A stretch of 64,000 nucleotides of DNA, from NCBI GenBank assembly GCA_023231475.1, contig JALJEE010000349.1:1-64000 (forward strand), written 5' to 3'. The notes beneath the pieces were generated by a model. It was not told the origin of the DNA and made no database searches. It saw nothing but the letters and a program-made list of their open reading frames with translations. Of the stretch, positions 29,074-41,866 are shown piece after piece. This stretch comes from Seison nebaliae. Taxonomy: Eukaryota. A program made the translations under genes and the position numbers. The first letter of the stretch is position 1. Each line of letters starts with the position of its first letter.

Positions 29074-29391
29074 GGATAATTCTACTCCTTTTGAGTAGCT
29101 ATGAAAAAAGGACAGTTCTACTTCTTTCGTTCGGACAGTTCTATTCCTTTCTTAAAACTCCTTTGGACAGTTCTACTCCTTTTTAACTTCGTTGGACAGT
29201 TCTACTCCTTTTTAAGAAATTACGGAAAATTATACTCCACTTTTTCCTGTTTTTGAAAGTTTTACTCCTTTTTTTATAAGATAGGACATTTCTACTCCTT
29301 TTCCTAAAAATATGGACAGTTCTACAGCCAATTTGGAAATTTTATGGACAGTTCTACATCTTTCGCTAAAGAGATTTTTTACCCAGCTCTA
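29074..29391. repeat. Array of 10 conserved ~19-bp motifs (GGACAGTTCTACTCCTTTT) with variable spacers, probably subterminal repeats of a hAT-like transposon end
   Basis: Copies start at about 29074, 29110, 29133, 29165, 29194, 29224, 29254, 29284, 29314 and 29346 (period mostly 29-32). The array ends in CCCAGCTCTA (29382-29391; reverse complement TAGAGCTGGG, hAT-TIR-like). Confidence 0.75.
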
Positions 29392-30436
29392 TTTTTTTAT
29401 TATAGTATTATATTTTTTTAACAAAACATATTTAAGAGACTTCTACTTTATTTTTTGTTATACATTTAATCAATTTTAAATTCACAATGCTAGTGTTTCT
29501 GTGTTGATGGCTAAAAATGAGACTATTAAGAAAGCGGAATGATAGATTATTGTCAAATTGAAAATTCTTAGAAAGTTAGCTTAATTTCGATAATGTCATG
29601 CCAGAGAATATGATGTCAATGTTAAACATAGAAAACGAAGAAGATTTGCAAGAATATCTTTCACCTCCAGAAATACCAACGTGCTCTGCAACGTGCTCCG
29701 CGATGGAACGCATCGCAGCGCATCGATTCATGAAAGGGCTCGAGCCAAAGCATGAGTCTGGCTAGTAGCTTGGCTTGAGCCTTGTATGTATAAGACTCTT
29801 AGCATGTCTGGATTTTTTTTCCAAAATGTAAGGAGGACTCGAGTTTTATCACTTTGGACTCACGAATCATATTCACAGCACTAGAATCAATCACTTTTCA
29901 AATCAAATAGCGGATTTTCTTGGATCGAGTAAGTACTTATAATTTTCGGAGGGAAACAAAAAATCATATCATATATGAATGCGTTAATCACTGAAAAAAT
30001 GGATATGTAGGAACAATTGGATTAACTATTTCGCATATAAAGCCGCTCTAAAATATTTCACGGATCAATACCAATCGAACAAATAAAAGATATTCATAAT
30101 TGTGAATGCAGTATTACAGAAGCGAAAGTAAAAGTATTGAAAATTTATGAAAAATTGTAATTAATTGAAGGCGATTACTTCTAATTTATTACTGAGAGAA
30201 AACATTTCCTATTGCTCATTGTTCTTTCTTGAATCTAAATATATATTCATTTATTTTAATTACCTAGCTTATTTAATTTTAAAATTCTACATTTAGCTAA
30301 ATATAAAGCTAAAAAATAAAACTGAAAAGCATTCCAAAAAATATGAAGCGCACGTTGATATCTAATTCAATGAAAGAAATTAATTTGTTACTATGGTATT
30401 TGAGTAAATCGAACGTGTATAATGAAATAAGGAATC

Positions 30437-33400
30437 ATGGCTGCAAATAAATTTCTTGAGGTCAAGCCAATATTATTGTTAATATTTTATCTCATTCTTT
30501 CACATCAATCATCCCAAATATATTTAGATGGAGTTTCTCTAAACCTCAAGACATTCAATCTGTAGAAATTGATGATCATTTAATTTTCAGTTGCAAATAC
30601 AATATCCAATTTCTGAATGGAAATGATGGTAGGATTACTAAGAAAATTAAGAATGCTCCAGATGGCATCTTTAACTTGACAATGTCGAACGACGGAAAAT
30701 ATATCAGTTGGAACGATGCAGCATTCCCTACCAACCTTTATCTCCAGGGCACTAATGGTAAGAGTGTAATCAAGATACACGAAGTCGCTTTATTTGGATT
30801 ATCATCCATATCGATATGTCCTGGAGAAAAGGTCGTTTGTTGTGCTACAAAACCACCAGAAACTGTCATTCGAATATTGTTCATTTTTGAGTATTTTGTC
30901 TAATAACTCAATTATTCTTCAGCAATTACAGTTCGAATGATAAAATTTTCGAATTCGATTTGGGAGAGGAAAATTTAATATTCTGTTCATGCAATCCCTT
31001 CAATTGGAAAAGTGTTCTTGTGGTAACGTCTACCGAAATATATATGTTGAATATCCAAATATCTGAAGAAGGAAATAGTCCGACTAAAATGTTACTGGGT
31101 ATTAAAACAAAATTTCATTAAACTCATTAAACTTAATTTTATTTAGCGATTTCATAATGCCGAATTCGTCGAAGGAGAAATTTGAGAAATATGATTACTG
31201 CAATAAAAATAAAATGAGTAATGATGATAATCGAAACGTACCGATGGCAGTTGCGGGTTAATTGATTAATACTTAAATTAAAAATATAAGAGAATTTTAA
31301 AGGAATGATTGAAGATACGGAAAAAGTTGAACGAAATTTGGGACTGAAAAGATATGTAGTTCCCAAATTTGTTAATTATCTCGATATGAATCGAGCGTTG
31401 GTCATTTGTGAAGATAACGAGATACTTTTGGTTAGAATTTAGTTCATATAAAGTCTTCCATTGGGGAATTGTGTAGTTAAATTTACTGAATCATAAAGTG
31501 AAAGTTTTACATGATCCGACATCGACACCATTCTGCTCCCAAATAGATTTATCAATCATATATTTCCTTCCAACATTGGATTCAAAAATTTATTTAATCT
31601 ATGAAAACGGAGATGTACAACTGGTAATGATTAAGAAGAATGTAATTGAAATTGGTAATTTCAAGAGAATGAAAGTTAATGCTGAAAAATTGGCGATTGG
31701 TGCAACGAAATTATACATTTTATCTAAAGTTCTTCTCCTTCCTTCTTCTCAATTTCATCCTTTTTGAAGAAAAACGAATTGTCTTATATTAGTAAAAATG
31801 GTCAAGGAAGTGAAATAAGTGAAATTCAAAAATTTTACGATACACCTATTATATTTCTCTCATCTTTAAACGAAGAAACTGAACAATATTTCCTGACTGT
31901 TAGACGAAATGGATTGGTAGAAATCGCCAACAATATTGACGGTATTGTTATAAGCGATTTTCTGTTACCAAATAACAATGTTCAATCTGTTTTATAATTC
32001 TGAGAAAAATTTATTATTCTCTTTTTAGATCACAACCGCTCAGTTAGGCCATCGAACTAATGTTTTAGTTTGTGGAACATTCAGTGGAGAGTTATTTCTG
32101 TACAGTATCGCCTCTAAGAAGCCATCAGTATTCTTGAGTCATTTCCATTTATGTGATGCTTCCATTATAAGATTGACGTTTATCTTCATAAAATATTTTG
32201 ATAAAAAGAAATATTTCTTTTTTCAGATATGCACCTTTAGCACAAATCTTAATAGCATTAACTACTGATCGATTATTTATTCTGAGAGTGTGCGATCCTC
32301 CCGAAAACCATACTACAGGTACGTCATGTCATTTCAAAATCGTTGGTCATATAAGTTAAATTATTTAAGCAAATTTTATAAATGATTTAACTTGAACTTT
32401 GAAAGAAACGATCGGATTTCCTTTGGATATCGATTGTGTTGTCCGATTTCTAAAAAATTCGCTGACGAAAACTTATGAAGAATCATCAGTCAGATTAATC
32501 ATTGGTTAGATATTATTCAAAAATACGATTATTTTTTAACGATTTTCTTTTCAGGATATAATATCCAAGAGAGATTTAACAGCGATGTTGATACTGATAA
32601 ATATATTGAAGAATCTTTTGGGCCGTTAAAGAAAGATTTGAAACAAAGCATGATCAATGTTGTTCAGATTTCCGAATTTAACACTGCTTATTTATTTAGT
32701 TATTTTTTTTTCACACCCAAACTAATATATCTCGAACAGCACATATGACTGAGAGTGGAGAGAGTCCAATTTACCAATCGCTGGACATGACACTACTAAC
32801 CAAAGCTCATGGTTATCTAGCTGTATCGACTAATTACAGTTTCATACCTAAATGTGCAACTAAAATTCGATTCATCGATCCAAACACGATCGTCGCATTG
32901 GGAATTAATGCACTTTACCGAATTAAATTGCCCGAGGAATTAAATTTAGCAAAAGTTTAAACTGAAATTCATTTTTTTAGACATATTGAAAACGAATCAA
33001 TAGAAATTGAAACCGGTAAAAAAGAAGAATAAACCTAAAGAAAGAAATATAGAAGATGATAGGCATAGTCTCTCCTCCCAATCTGTCTCATCGAAACATA
33101 GTTATGTTAAGCCAGTGACAGCTGAACAGCCGCCTAGTACAGTAGAGACGTTACTTAAAACCGAAGACTCACCTGATACAGATCTAATAGAGCTGAATGA
33201 TGACGATGAAACCGGTTTAGATGTATTTGATGAGACCGAGATTCTAGCTGAACAAATTAAAAGAGATCGGAGAAGAAGAAAAAAAGCGACAGCTGTAACC
33301 GGCAGGAAACCGTCACGTCGTGCGTTAGATGACACAGTTAGAAAATTTAGGGTTACAGAAAATAAGAGTGTAATATAATTGTTTTTAGCATACTCAGAGT

Positions 33401-36400
33401 GATAAGTCAAACCATCTTGACGTTTTATCCACTAAAAGACAACCAGTACCATTTCGTCGTAAGAAATTAGTGATAACTGAAGATTTTATTAAAATTCAAT
33501 TATTATTCAAAAATCTTGTAAGTTGTTTCGTAAAAAGAATGCTCCATTTAATTTTCAGTTTTTAATCATTTCTTTAATTTAAATTTTTATTATTTTTTCA
33601 TTTTTTCATTTGAATCTAAAACGATAAATATTTTGATGATTGTTTCCTGCAATTTTTCTTCGTAGAACATACGAGTAACTCGATTGGATATTGCCGAAAC
33701 GTTGCCATCCCATATATTTTTGGGAAACGACTTGCAATTTAATTCTGAACGTGTGACAATGATATCAGGTGGAGCTGATGGATATATCCATATTCGATTG
33801 AGTAATCAACCAGAATTAGAAATTGTTCATGTGATGAATCCAGCTATCGAGAACTGTCGATTCGTTTACATTTCTCCAAAAATGAAATATCTCTATTTTG
33901 TTGGTGATGATCAGACGTATGGAATCGTTGAATTGAAGTTTCGTATATTCCAAATTTCACATTTTTCATCAATCTTGATTCTGTCAGATATGTTGAAACT
34001 ATTCGAATGTTCTCCGAACAAATGGCTATTCCAATACCAGATGAGTCTCGCATTAATTGTAATGATCCAACTGAGAGTGCTGAGATCTATGGTGATAAAT
34101 CGATGACACCATATTACGGTGAAAGTACAATTATATCAAAACCATGGTACGAAGCCTATTTAGAAACTGTTCTTAATTATATTGGAATTTAATAATATAC
34201 TTTAATCTAATTAAATTTAAGGCAAAATCGATAGAGAAAGAAAAGTATAGTGATGCACGCGAAGGAATTATGGTTTCATTGGATGAAATTCGAAAAGAAT
34301 TAGACGTACTTTTGGAAGCTAATCGACAAAAGGAGAATCCTATAGCACAATTAGAATTACATGAATTCGAATTGAATATTGAAGAGGAAACGAAAATTAA
34401 AGATGAGAATGAAAAAGAAATAAAAGAAGTTCCTCTTTCTTGGAACTATTAACTCCAAATTATTTTCCAAATATATTAGATGGTGGAAGAATATAATAAT
34501 CAAATTGCAAAAGATATTTTTGTCCGAGATATGATCAAAGCGGAATGTTGGGACGGTTTAAATACGAAAGTCAAAGGATTAGCAGTTAGTTGATTCTAAT
34601 TCTCTACATACTTTCTACCGTAAACAATTCCTTTTACCTTTAGCCATTTCTTCATGGGCAAAAGTTGAATAATTTCCCTTTATTCGCCGAAGAAGCAAAT
34701 GAACGAGAACTAAGGAAAAAACTAATCTTCCAAAGGAAAGTTGAAATTTATGAGAGGAATTTGGTGAAGAATTATTATCACATGAAAACGCACGAAGAAC
34801 TAGAATTCGAATTTAATTTGAACTCTCAAAACGATTGGTATTTCTATCCTCAATTACAATTGACGGCGAAGCATTGCAAAATGAAGCAAATAATTCTACT
34901 GAAACATCAAATTCGAGAATATATGAAGAAATTCAACAAGAAATTTGAAGAAATGACAGGAAGGAAAGAAGTAGAAAAGAGTCGAATTGAACAAAAACAA
35001 GGTCAGATACGGCAAATCCTTAAAGATATTAGTCTATTACCTCCAATAAGAATCACAGAATTAGCTAGTCAATTTTTCGAAGGTCAAATTGATAAAGAAT
35101 TATTCAATCGTATGGATGAAGACTTCGATGATAATAGTCGGAAACCGATTGCCTTGGGCAATTTATTAGAACCGCTCGAAATGATGCCAGAAACCAATGA
35201 TGATAGAATTGTTTTTGAAAGAACTTCTTTTTTTGTTGAACATCCAGAAACGATGTTCGTTGTATTAAAACAGGATATCAAATCAAAACAATATTTAACT
35301 GAACAGCAATTACAAGAATTAGAACAATTGCGATTAGCACGACTGGAAGAAATCAAGAGAAATAAAGCAGATAATTGGCGAAAACGAGGATTGATGGATA
35401 TGATGCATGGAGTCTTAGAAATCAGACCACAAGATGAACTGCGGAAAAAAGTCGATGTACCAAAATGTTTATTAGAAGGCAAACAAGAATTATATTTTTC
35501 AGCGGAAGAACGAACTCAAGTGATGAGTTATGTAAAGAAAACTTTGAAACTGAATGATGATCGTGAAAAAATGAATAATTCTTTACGAAAAGAAAAAAGA
35601 GAGATAATTAATCAGTTAATGATCGATTGTGATATATTTGATACTGATTTGGCAAAGTTACATAATGAAAGAGTTGAAGTATCTCAAAAATGTTATTCAG
35701 CTGAATTATTCATAGTCCGATTGCTGTATTCGATTATGTGTGTTGAAGAATTAAATTGGCGTATTGAGCAATTGAAGAATTTGATTGAAGAGTCAATTGA
35801 AGAAAAACGTCAAATAAGTCAATTGATTATTGATGGGAATGGAGCTTTCGATCATTTGAAAGAACAACACAATGAATTACAATTAGAAATGAAAGAGATC
35901 GATCGATCGTTCCAGAAAGAATTACACGATCTCAAACCACCACTCAAAGAAACAATGATGCATCAGTATAATCTTCGAGGAGGAATTAAAAATCAGGAGA
36001 CTATAGAAGATAATCCAAGTAACATCGCCCTATTGGAGAATGAGAATTTGCAAAATCTTTTCAAATCTTTAAAAATAATTATCACCAGACGCAAAACAGA
36101 AGTTTATCAGCGTTTAACCGATATGAACTTACCCGCTAACAAACCAGACGGATGTGATTTGTATATTTGGGATCAGTTAGTCAAATATAGACAGGAACGT
36201 TTGGACTTGGAAGATAAGTGTGATCATATAAAAATAATGATAATTGAAATCATGCATGACGTTCATCGTCATAGCAGCAAACAACAATTGATAAGTGAAA
36301 AACACAATAAATTTATTGAACAATTGGCAAAGTTAATGAAATTTGTGCGATATAATTCAACATTACTACTTCTTTTAGTGTGAAGGCGGTTAAACGGCAG

Positions 36401-37311
36401 CATTCTTTCGACTTCGAAATACAATTCGAAATGAGACAGGGAAGAATCGAAATTACAACGGAAAGTGATACGTTGAGATCGGAATCGTCCTGTTTATTAG
36501 AACGTCATCGTATTGAGGAATTGAATGCAGTTGTCAAAGTTAAATCTTATTCTTTCCTATTCCGATGTATATATGCATGAATTAATTGGATAATTTCATA
36601 AGGAAATTGGAAATCAAATTCTTAGTAAAATGAATGACAAAATGGAAACTTTAAAACGACTGAAACAGATCGAGTGGACGAATGACAAGTTGGAGATGAG
36701 AGTCCAAGATTTGCGAAAAAGAGAACACGACATCACTTTCTTCAAAGTGACTAATGAAACGAGAAAATATTTGGAGAATATTCAGAAATATGATGCGATG
36801 AAAGAGAAGGAGTTAGTACAATTAGAAAAAACTCTCGAAGTACAACAATCGGTTTGATTTTATGAAACTAATTGTAAACTAAGCATTGAAATAGATTGAG
36901 AAGAAGAAACGGAAAGAATTGGAACAAGAAAAATCTAAAATTGGAATGAGTATAGAATCAGTTCACTTTTTTTTAAATCCAATAATTTAATCAATTTAAT
37001 TCAGTTACGTAAAACCAATACCAATTTAGAAAAAACAATAAAGGATTACAACATCACTTTAAGCGAAAAAAAGCGTCCTGTGGGAACTCTCGGTTAATGA
37101 AACATTAATATATTATATTAAATTATGTATATACTAAATATGTTTTGTAGCTAAAAAAGACAAATTGGAAATGGCCCAGCAGAAATTCAAACAAATCAGT
37201 GAAAAACGAGGGTTAGAGGAACTGGCTAGACTGCAAGCTCAAGAAATTGAATTTCTTCAAAATGAAGTCGAAAAATTACGTATGAGATCATTTCCTGCCT
37301 TACATAATTAA
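30437..37311 (+). CDS. CFAP43: Cilia- and flagella-associated protein 43 (WDR96), more than 20 exons
   Basis: WD40-like N-terminal exons (ISGGADGYIHIR), then MIKAECWDGLNTK, YFYPQLQLT..KMKQIILL, RGLMDMMHGVLE, and the diagnostic C-terminus EVEKLRMRSFPAL*. Confidence 0.9.
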
Positions 37312-37550
37312 CTTCATAATGTCATAATTAATTTAATTAAACGAAATTACTAAATTTAAATAAACTTTTTCCTATAGAAATTGTCTGATAGAAAAAAAGT
37401 GGAAATAAGTCAAACTTATTAAAATATGTTATATATAGTTCAGCAATTAGTTTGTCGTCTCAATAAATAAGTGTTTCACCATTTGTTAACTTTCCCTTAT
37501 CATGTTTCTATATATGTCGTTAAAAACTTTTAAAAAAGAAATATAATAAA

Positions 37551-37850
37551 ATGAAATTGTTAGGGTCATCAATTTTTATCTTCATAGCACTATTGTTATT
37601 GAAAACAAAAGTGAGTGCGGTGAAGATATCTTTCGGAAATATTGGACAATGCAAATGGGTTAATTGTTTTGAAGATCCATGTAAATTTAGTTTCTGTGAC
37701 ATCTCTGGAGCTATGTGCTAGTTATTAAAATTATTTATTAATACAGTTTTATCATTAATTTCGATTTCATCTAGCTCAAATTATTGCAATGGTTGCAATG
37801 CCGAATGGTTTAGTCTGGCAGGTAATAAACTAGATTGCAACAACGATTAA
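37551..37850 (+). CDS. Secreted 81-aa Cys-rich peptide, copy 1 (2 exons)
   Basis: MKLLGSSIFIFIALLLLKTKVSA-VKISFGNIGQCKWVNCFEDPCKFSFCDISGAMCY/SNYCNGCNAEWFSLAGNKLDCNND*; intron 37721-37774 (GTT-AG); paralog about 0.9 kb downstream. Confidence 0.88.
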
Positions 37851-38465
37851 TACCAAAAAATATGTCGACATCCCCCAAAGATTATAATATGAATGTTGAA
37901 GAACTAAACAAATTCGTAAAACTATAAAAGAAACAAACATTTATCGAAAATTAAAATAAAATGTAGTCCTCAAGAAAACTATATCAAATGCTCTTGTAAT
38001 ACTAAAAGATTTTTAAATTTTTCTTACAAGCAAAGTATTGGATGTGTGAAAAATTATGTTGATTTTTATTTTTTGGTCTCTAAATTGGTGCAAAACTCAT
38101 AAATTATAAATCAGTACAATAATAATGATAATCTATTAATTTTGGCTTAAGTTAGTTTTATATAATTGATGTCAATTTTACAATCGATTACATGCCTTAC
38201 TACGCTTAATGAGATACGATAGAGCACAAAAGGCTCACATTTTTCCCCAATCTAATTTCAGTAATGAATATATGATTTTTCTGAAAATTTTATAAAGTTC
38301 TGTTTGCTAGCAAATTCTTAAATACATATTCATAAAACGAGTGGGAGTGTATGAAAAAAACTGAAAAATAGATTCACCCAACCATTTGCTAACTTTCTCT
38401 TATGGTGTAGTATATAAGACATAAGGAAGTTCCCCAAATTTTATCTAAATTATAAATTTTCTAAA

Positions 38466-38743
38466 ATGAAATTTCTCGCATTAATCTTCACAACTTTATT
38501 CCTATTATCAACAAGCGCAACTGCGTTTAAATTGCCATTCGGTAATTTAGGCCAATGTAATTGGGTAACTTGTTTCGTTGATCCTTGTACCGTAAGCCAT
38601 TGTTCAATTCCTGGTGCTTTATGTCAGTTAGTAAAAATTTTTTAGGCGTTGACGATATTTTTATTTTAATCTTATTCAGTTCAAACTATTGTAATGGTTG
38701 TCATGCTGAATGGTATATTGGAGGGCATATAGTTCATTGCTAA
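38466..38743 (+). CDS. Secreted 74-aa Cys-rich peptide, copy 2 (2 exons)
   Basis: MKFLALIFTTLFLLSTSATA-FKLPFGNLGQCNWVTCFVDPCTVSHCSIPGALCH/SNYCNGCHAEWYIGGHIVHC*; intron 38627-38679 lies at the same position and phase as in copy 1; 8 conserved Cys. Confidence 0.88.
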
Positions 38744-39037
38744 TTAGAAAGAACCATAACATATGAATTAACTTATCTCATATTTTGTTTATTAATAATT
38801 CATGAAAAATTTTAAACCATGTTATGACATATAATATATTCTATTATGATGATATTGAAAAAGTTCTGACTTGTGAGAAGGATTGATTTGAATTTGAATT
38901 AAGATATTTCTGTGAGATTAAAGATAAAAAATTAAACTAAAAATTGTTAATACAAAAATGTTAATTTGTTCAAATTTCATAAAATTAGCTGATAATTTCT
39001 TAAAATTTTTTAAAATCAGAATTATCCGAAAGAGAGA

Positions 39038-39933
39038 ATGATGAACATTTTAAGAAACTGGATGAAACTGACAACTCAATCGAAGTTGAATAAATTACCA
39101 ATTAAGCAATTAGTGAATTCGTCATCGAAAAAGTTTTTGTCGAGTGAAGTCACTTCGATTGGTAAAGAGAAGACGACATTAAGAGGGGAAACATTCACCA
39201 TTCATAATTTGGATACAAGTCTCCGATATTTGAAGAGTGAAGGTGTAATAAATGAATTATTTTGTCTTTCAACTATTCTCTTCAATTTCAGCATATGCAG
39301 AAGCGTATGGAACACATCGAGTATGGGAATTGTACGTCCGAAATTTTAAAGGAAATAAATTACCTTTAAAAACAAGACAACAATGTATTGTTAATTTTGT
39401 TGATAAGGGAAGACTTTATTAAAATTTTAGAGTGGGGGAATTTATAGAACGGGAAATCCGTGTCCTTTATGTCGAGATGAGTATTTGATTGTTCATTATA
39501 AAGTTAGTAGATTATTAGGAATGAGTATAACTGAATTTTATTGTAGAATGTTGAATTACTGAAACAATTCATTGATGATGATAGTGGGAAGATTTTACAT
39601 CCTAACAAAACACGTTACTAGTTTTAGAGTATCAAAATAAATTTTCCTAAAAAAACTTTTTCATTTGTAGACGTTTGTCAGAAGCAGTTTCAGATGTTAG
39701 AAATCGAAATTGGAAAAGCGAAAGATTACGGCTTTATTGTACATGAGGTACCGTTCCGGGAATATGATTATGCAGATTATTATCCGCCAAACACATTCGA
39801 TCGGAATGATATGTCTGAATCGATGAAAATTGAGAAGGGAGATTCGTTACCCAAATGGATGAGTGAGACACCGAGAAAATATTTATATGATAAAATTGGG
39901 AGAATGAGAGCTGAACTAAAGAACGGGAAATAA
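39038..39933 (+). CDS. MRPS18B: Mitochondrial ribosomal protein S18b (mS40), 5 exons
   Basis: Transit-like N-terminus; SLRYLKSE/AYAEAYGTHRVWELYVRNFKG..TRQQCI/..GNPCPLCRDEYLIVHYK/NVELLKQFI..CQKQ..EKAKDYG. Confidence 0.9.
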
Positions 39934-40160
39934 ATAAAATTTTTTCATTAAAAATAATCGAGAGAGAAGAGGAGAAGAATGTGATCATCATCGAGAGAAG
40001 AAAAAGCGGAAATAGATAAATATTATTACAAAAAAAGTGTAAAAGAAATAGACTTTTTGTGTTAAAGAAATTTTGAATTTCCATTGTGAATTTGCTTTTC
40101 ATCTTTCAATCGAAAGTTCATTGGACAATTTTCTCATTGTCGATAATAAAGAAGATTAAT

Positions 40161-41866
40161 TTACCAATTGTTTGCAATGGAGGCTACCAATGCAGCACCT
40201 TTTCCTGAACCATCTTGAGATAGAACCAATTTCGGCTGGAAGGAAAATTTAAATAGAAGTTGAGGAGAATTGAAAAAAACGAACCATCACATTAGGATGT
40301 TTCAATCGATGAATCACTTTTTCCATATACTTCTTGAATTTGGGATGGAATCGATAAAGAGATCCATCTACTCCCACAGTTATATTCGCTTTTCCTGTAT
40401 TCATATAGATTCGATTCAATAGAACTACAATTCCAGCAGCTGATAATGATGCTGCTCTTCTCGATATAATTTTGCATACGTATTGCACAATAGCACAATC
40501 GTCGAATGTCGGTGATCGAATACCGATCTCTTCAAGAACTCTCTTCGTATTAGCGAATGTAATACCGGCATCCATTTCAATTTCACTGACATATTTTGTA
40601 TAAAATGCATTCTAAAATGAATGGATCAATTCGATCGAATTTAATTTTAATTTAAAAAAAACTTTTGTATAAAGTGGTGCACGATAATCATTATAACCAT
40701 CGCTCATATGACCGATAAATAACATTTCTCGTTCCATTAAATCCAAAATGATTAAACGAACAATCTCTCCCATATACATTCCGGAAATCATTTTTTCATA
40801 CCTGCAGGAAATGATTAAAAATTGATTCAATGGAAATAGAACGTTTGTCTTCCGGGATTGAGAGACGCGCAATCGACTTCTTCGTCATAGGAAGAACGGA
40901 TGAAATTCAATTCGCCTTTGTCACCGAACGCTCCCCATTCCATATTGATGATAACTTGACTAGGCAACTTGTCTGTTTCCTGTGTCCACGTTCCCACATT
41001 TTCCAATTGTTCCATATAACAAGCATTCGATCCTGTCCCTAAAATTAGTCCAATATTCGTATTACGTTCACGATGTGAACAAGCGATCAACGTTCCGACC
41101 GTATCGTTTACGAGAGCCACAACATTCACATTAACATCGAGAGCATTGATCGATTCTTGAAGTAATTTTACCACATCCGCTCCAACCACATCAGGACAAT
41201 CGAATCCTTTCGTCCAAGTAGATAATAGTGCCGAACTCAAACTCAATTGTTCACAAGGAAAAGAGAAAGTAAATCCGAGAGGTATTTTCCCTCCAGATGG
41301 AACTTCTATTTTTTCAGAGTGAATAAAAGCGGCTAAGGAACGAGCGATATGATCAAACAATGGCCGTCCTTCACCAACCATCAGTGTTAAAGGAATGAGA
41401 AAAATTTTAGATTTCATCTCAATTTTCTCCTTCCTTAAATCAACACGGAGAACTCGGAAATTTGTACCTCCCAAATCAAGTGCTAGAAAACTTCCACATT
41501 CTTGACCAGTCGGAGTATCTCGAACGAATGTTGGGAACATTTTTATAGAAGCGTCATGATGAGTCTCTTCTGATAGACCCTTCTCCATTCCATTTAACAT
41601 TTCACTCATAATCCGAACAAGACAATCATCCGACAATTTCAACGATGCCAATAATTCTTCAATCTAATTCATTAAATATGAACGAACCTAAAAATCCTTT
41701 TAAAATATGAAACTTTATCGTTTAGTGCTGGATCTCTTAATCTTTTAGCGGCAGTTGAATCAGTAGCTATCCGATATCCAATGTAAGCAGCTAAGCCAAT
41801 AGCAGCTCCACCACCAATGATGGTGGAGGCACTCTTAATCATGGCACTACTCAAACCATTATCCAT
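40161..41866 (-). CDS. HK: Hexokinase (single domain) with N-terminal hydrophobic segment, 5 coding exons
   Basis: [79 protein letters not shown]; four GTT-AG introns. Confidence 0.96.

Noticed and set aside
29074..29365. True CRISPR array
   Set aside because: The spacers are far too short, the repeats are degenerate, there are no cas genes, and the context is intron-containing animal DNA.
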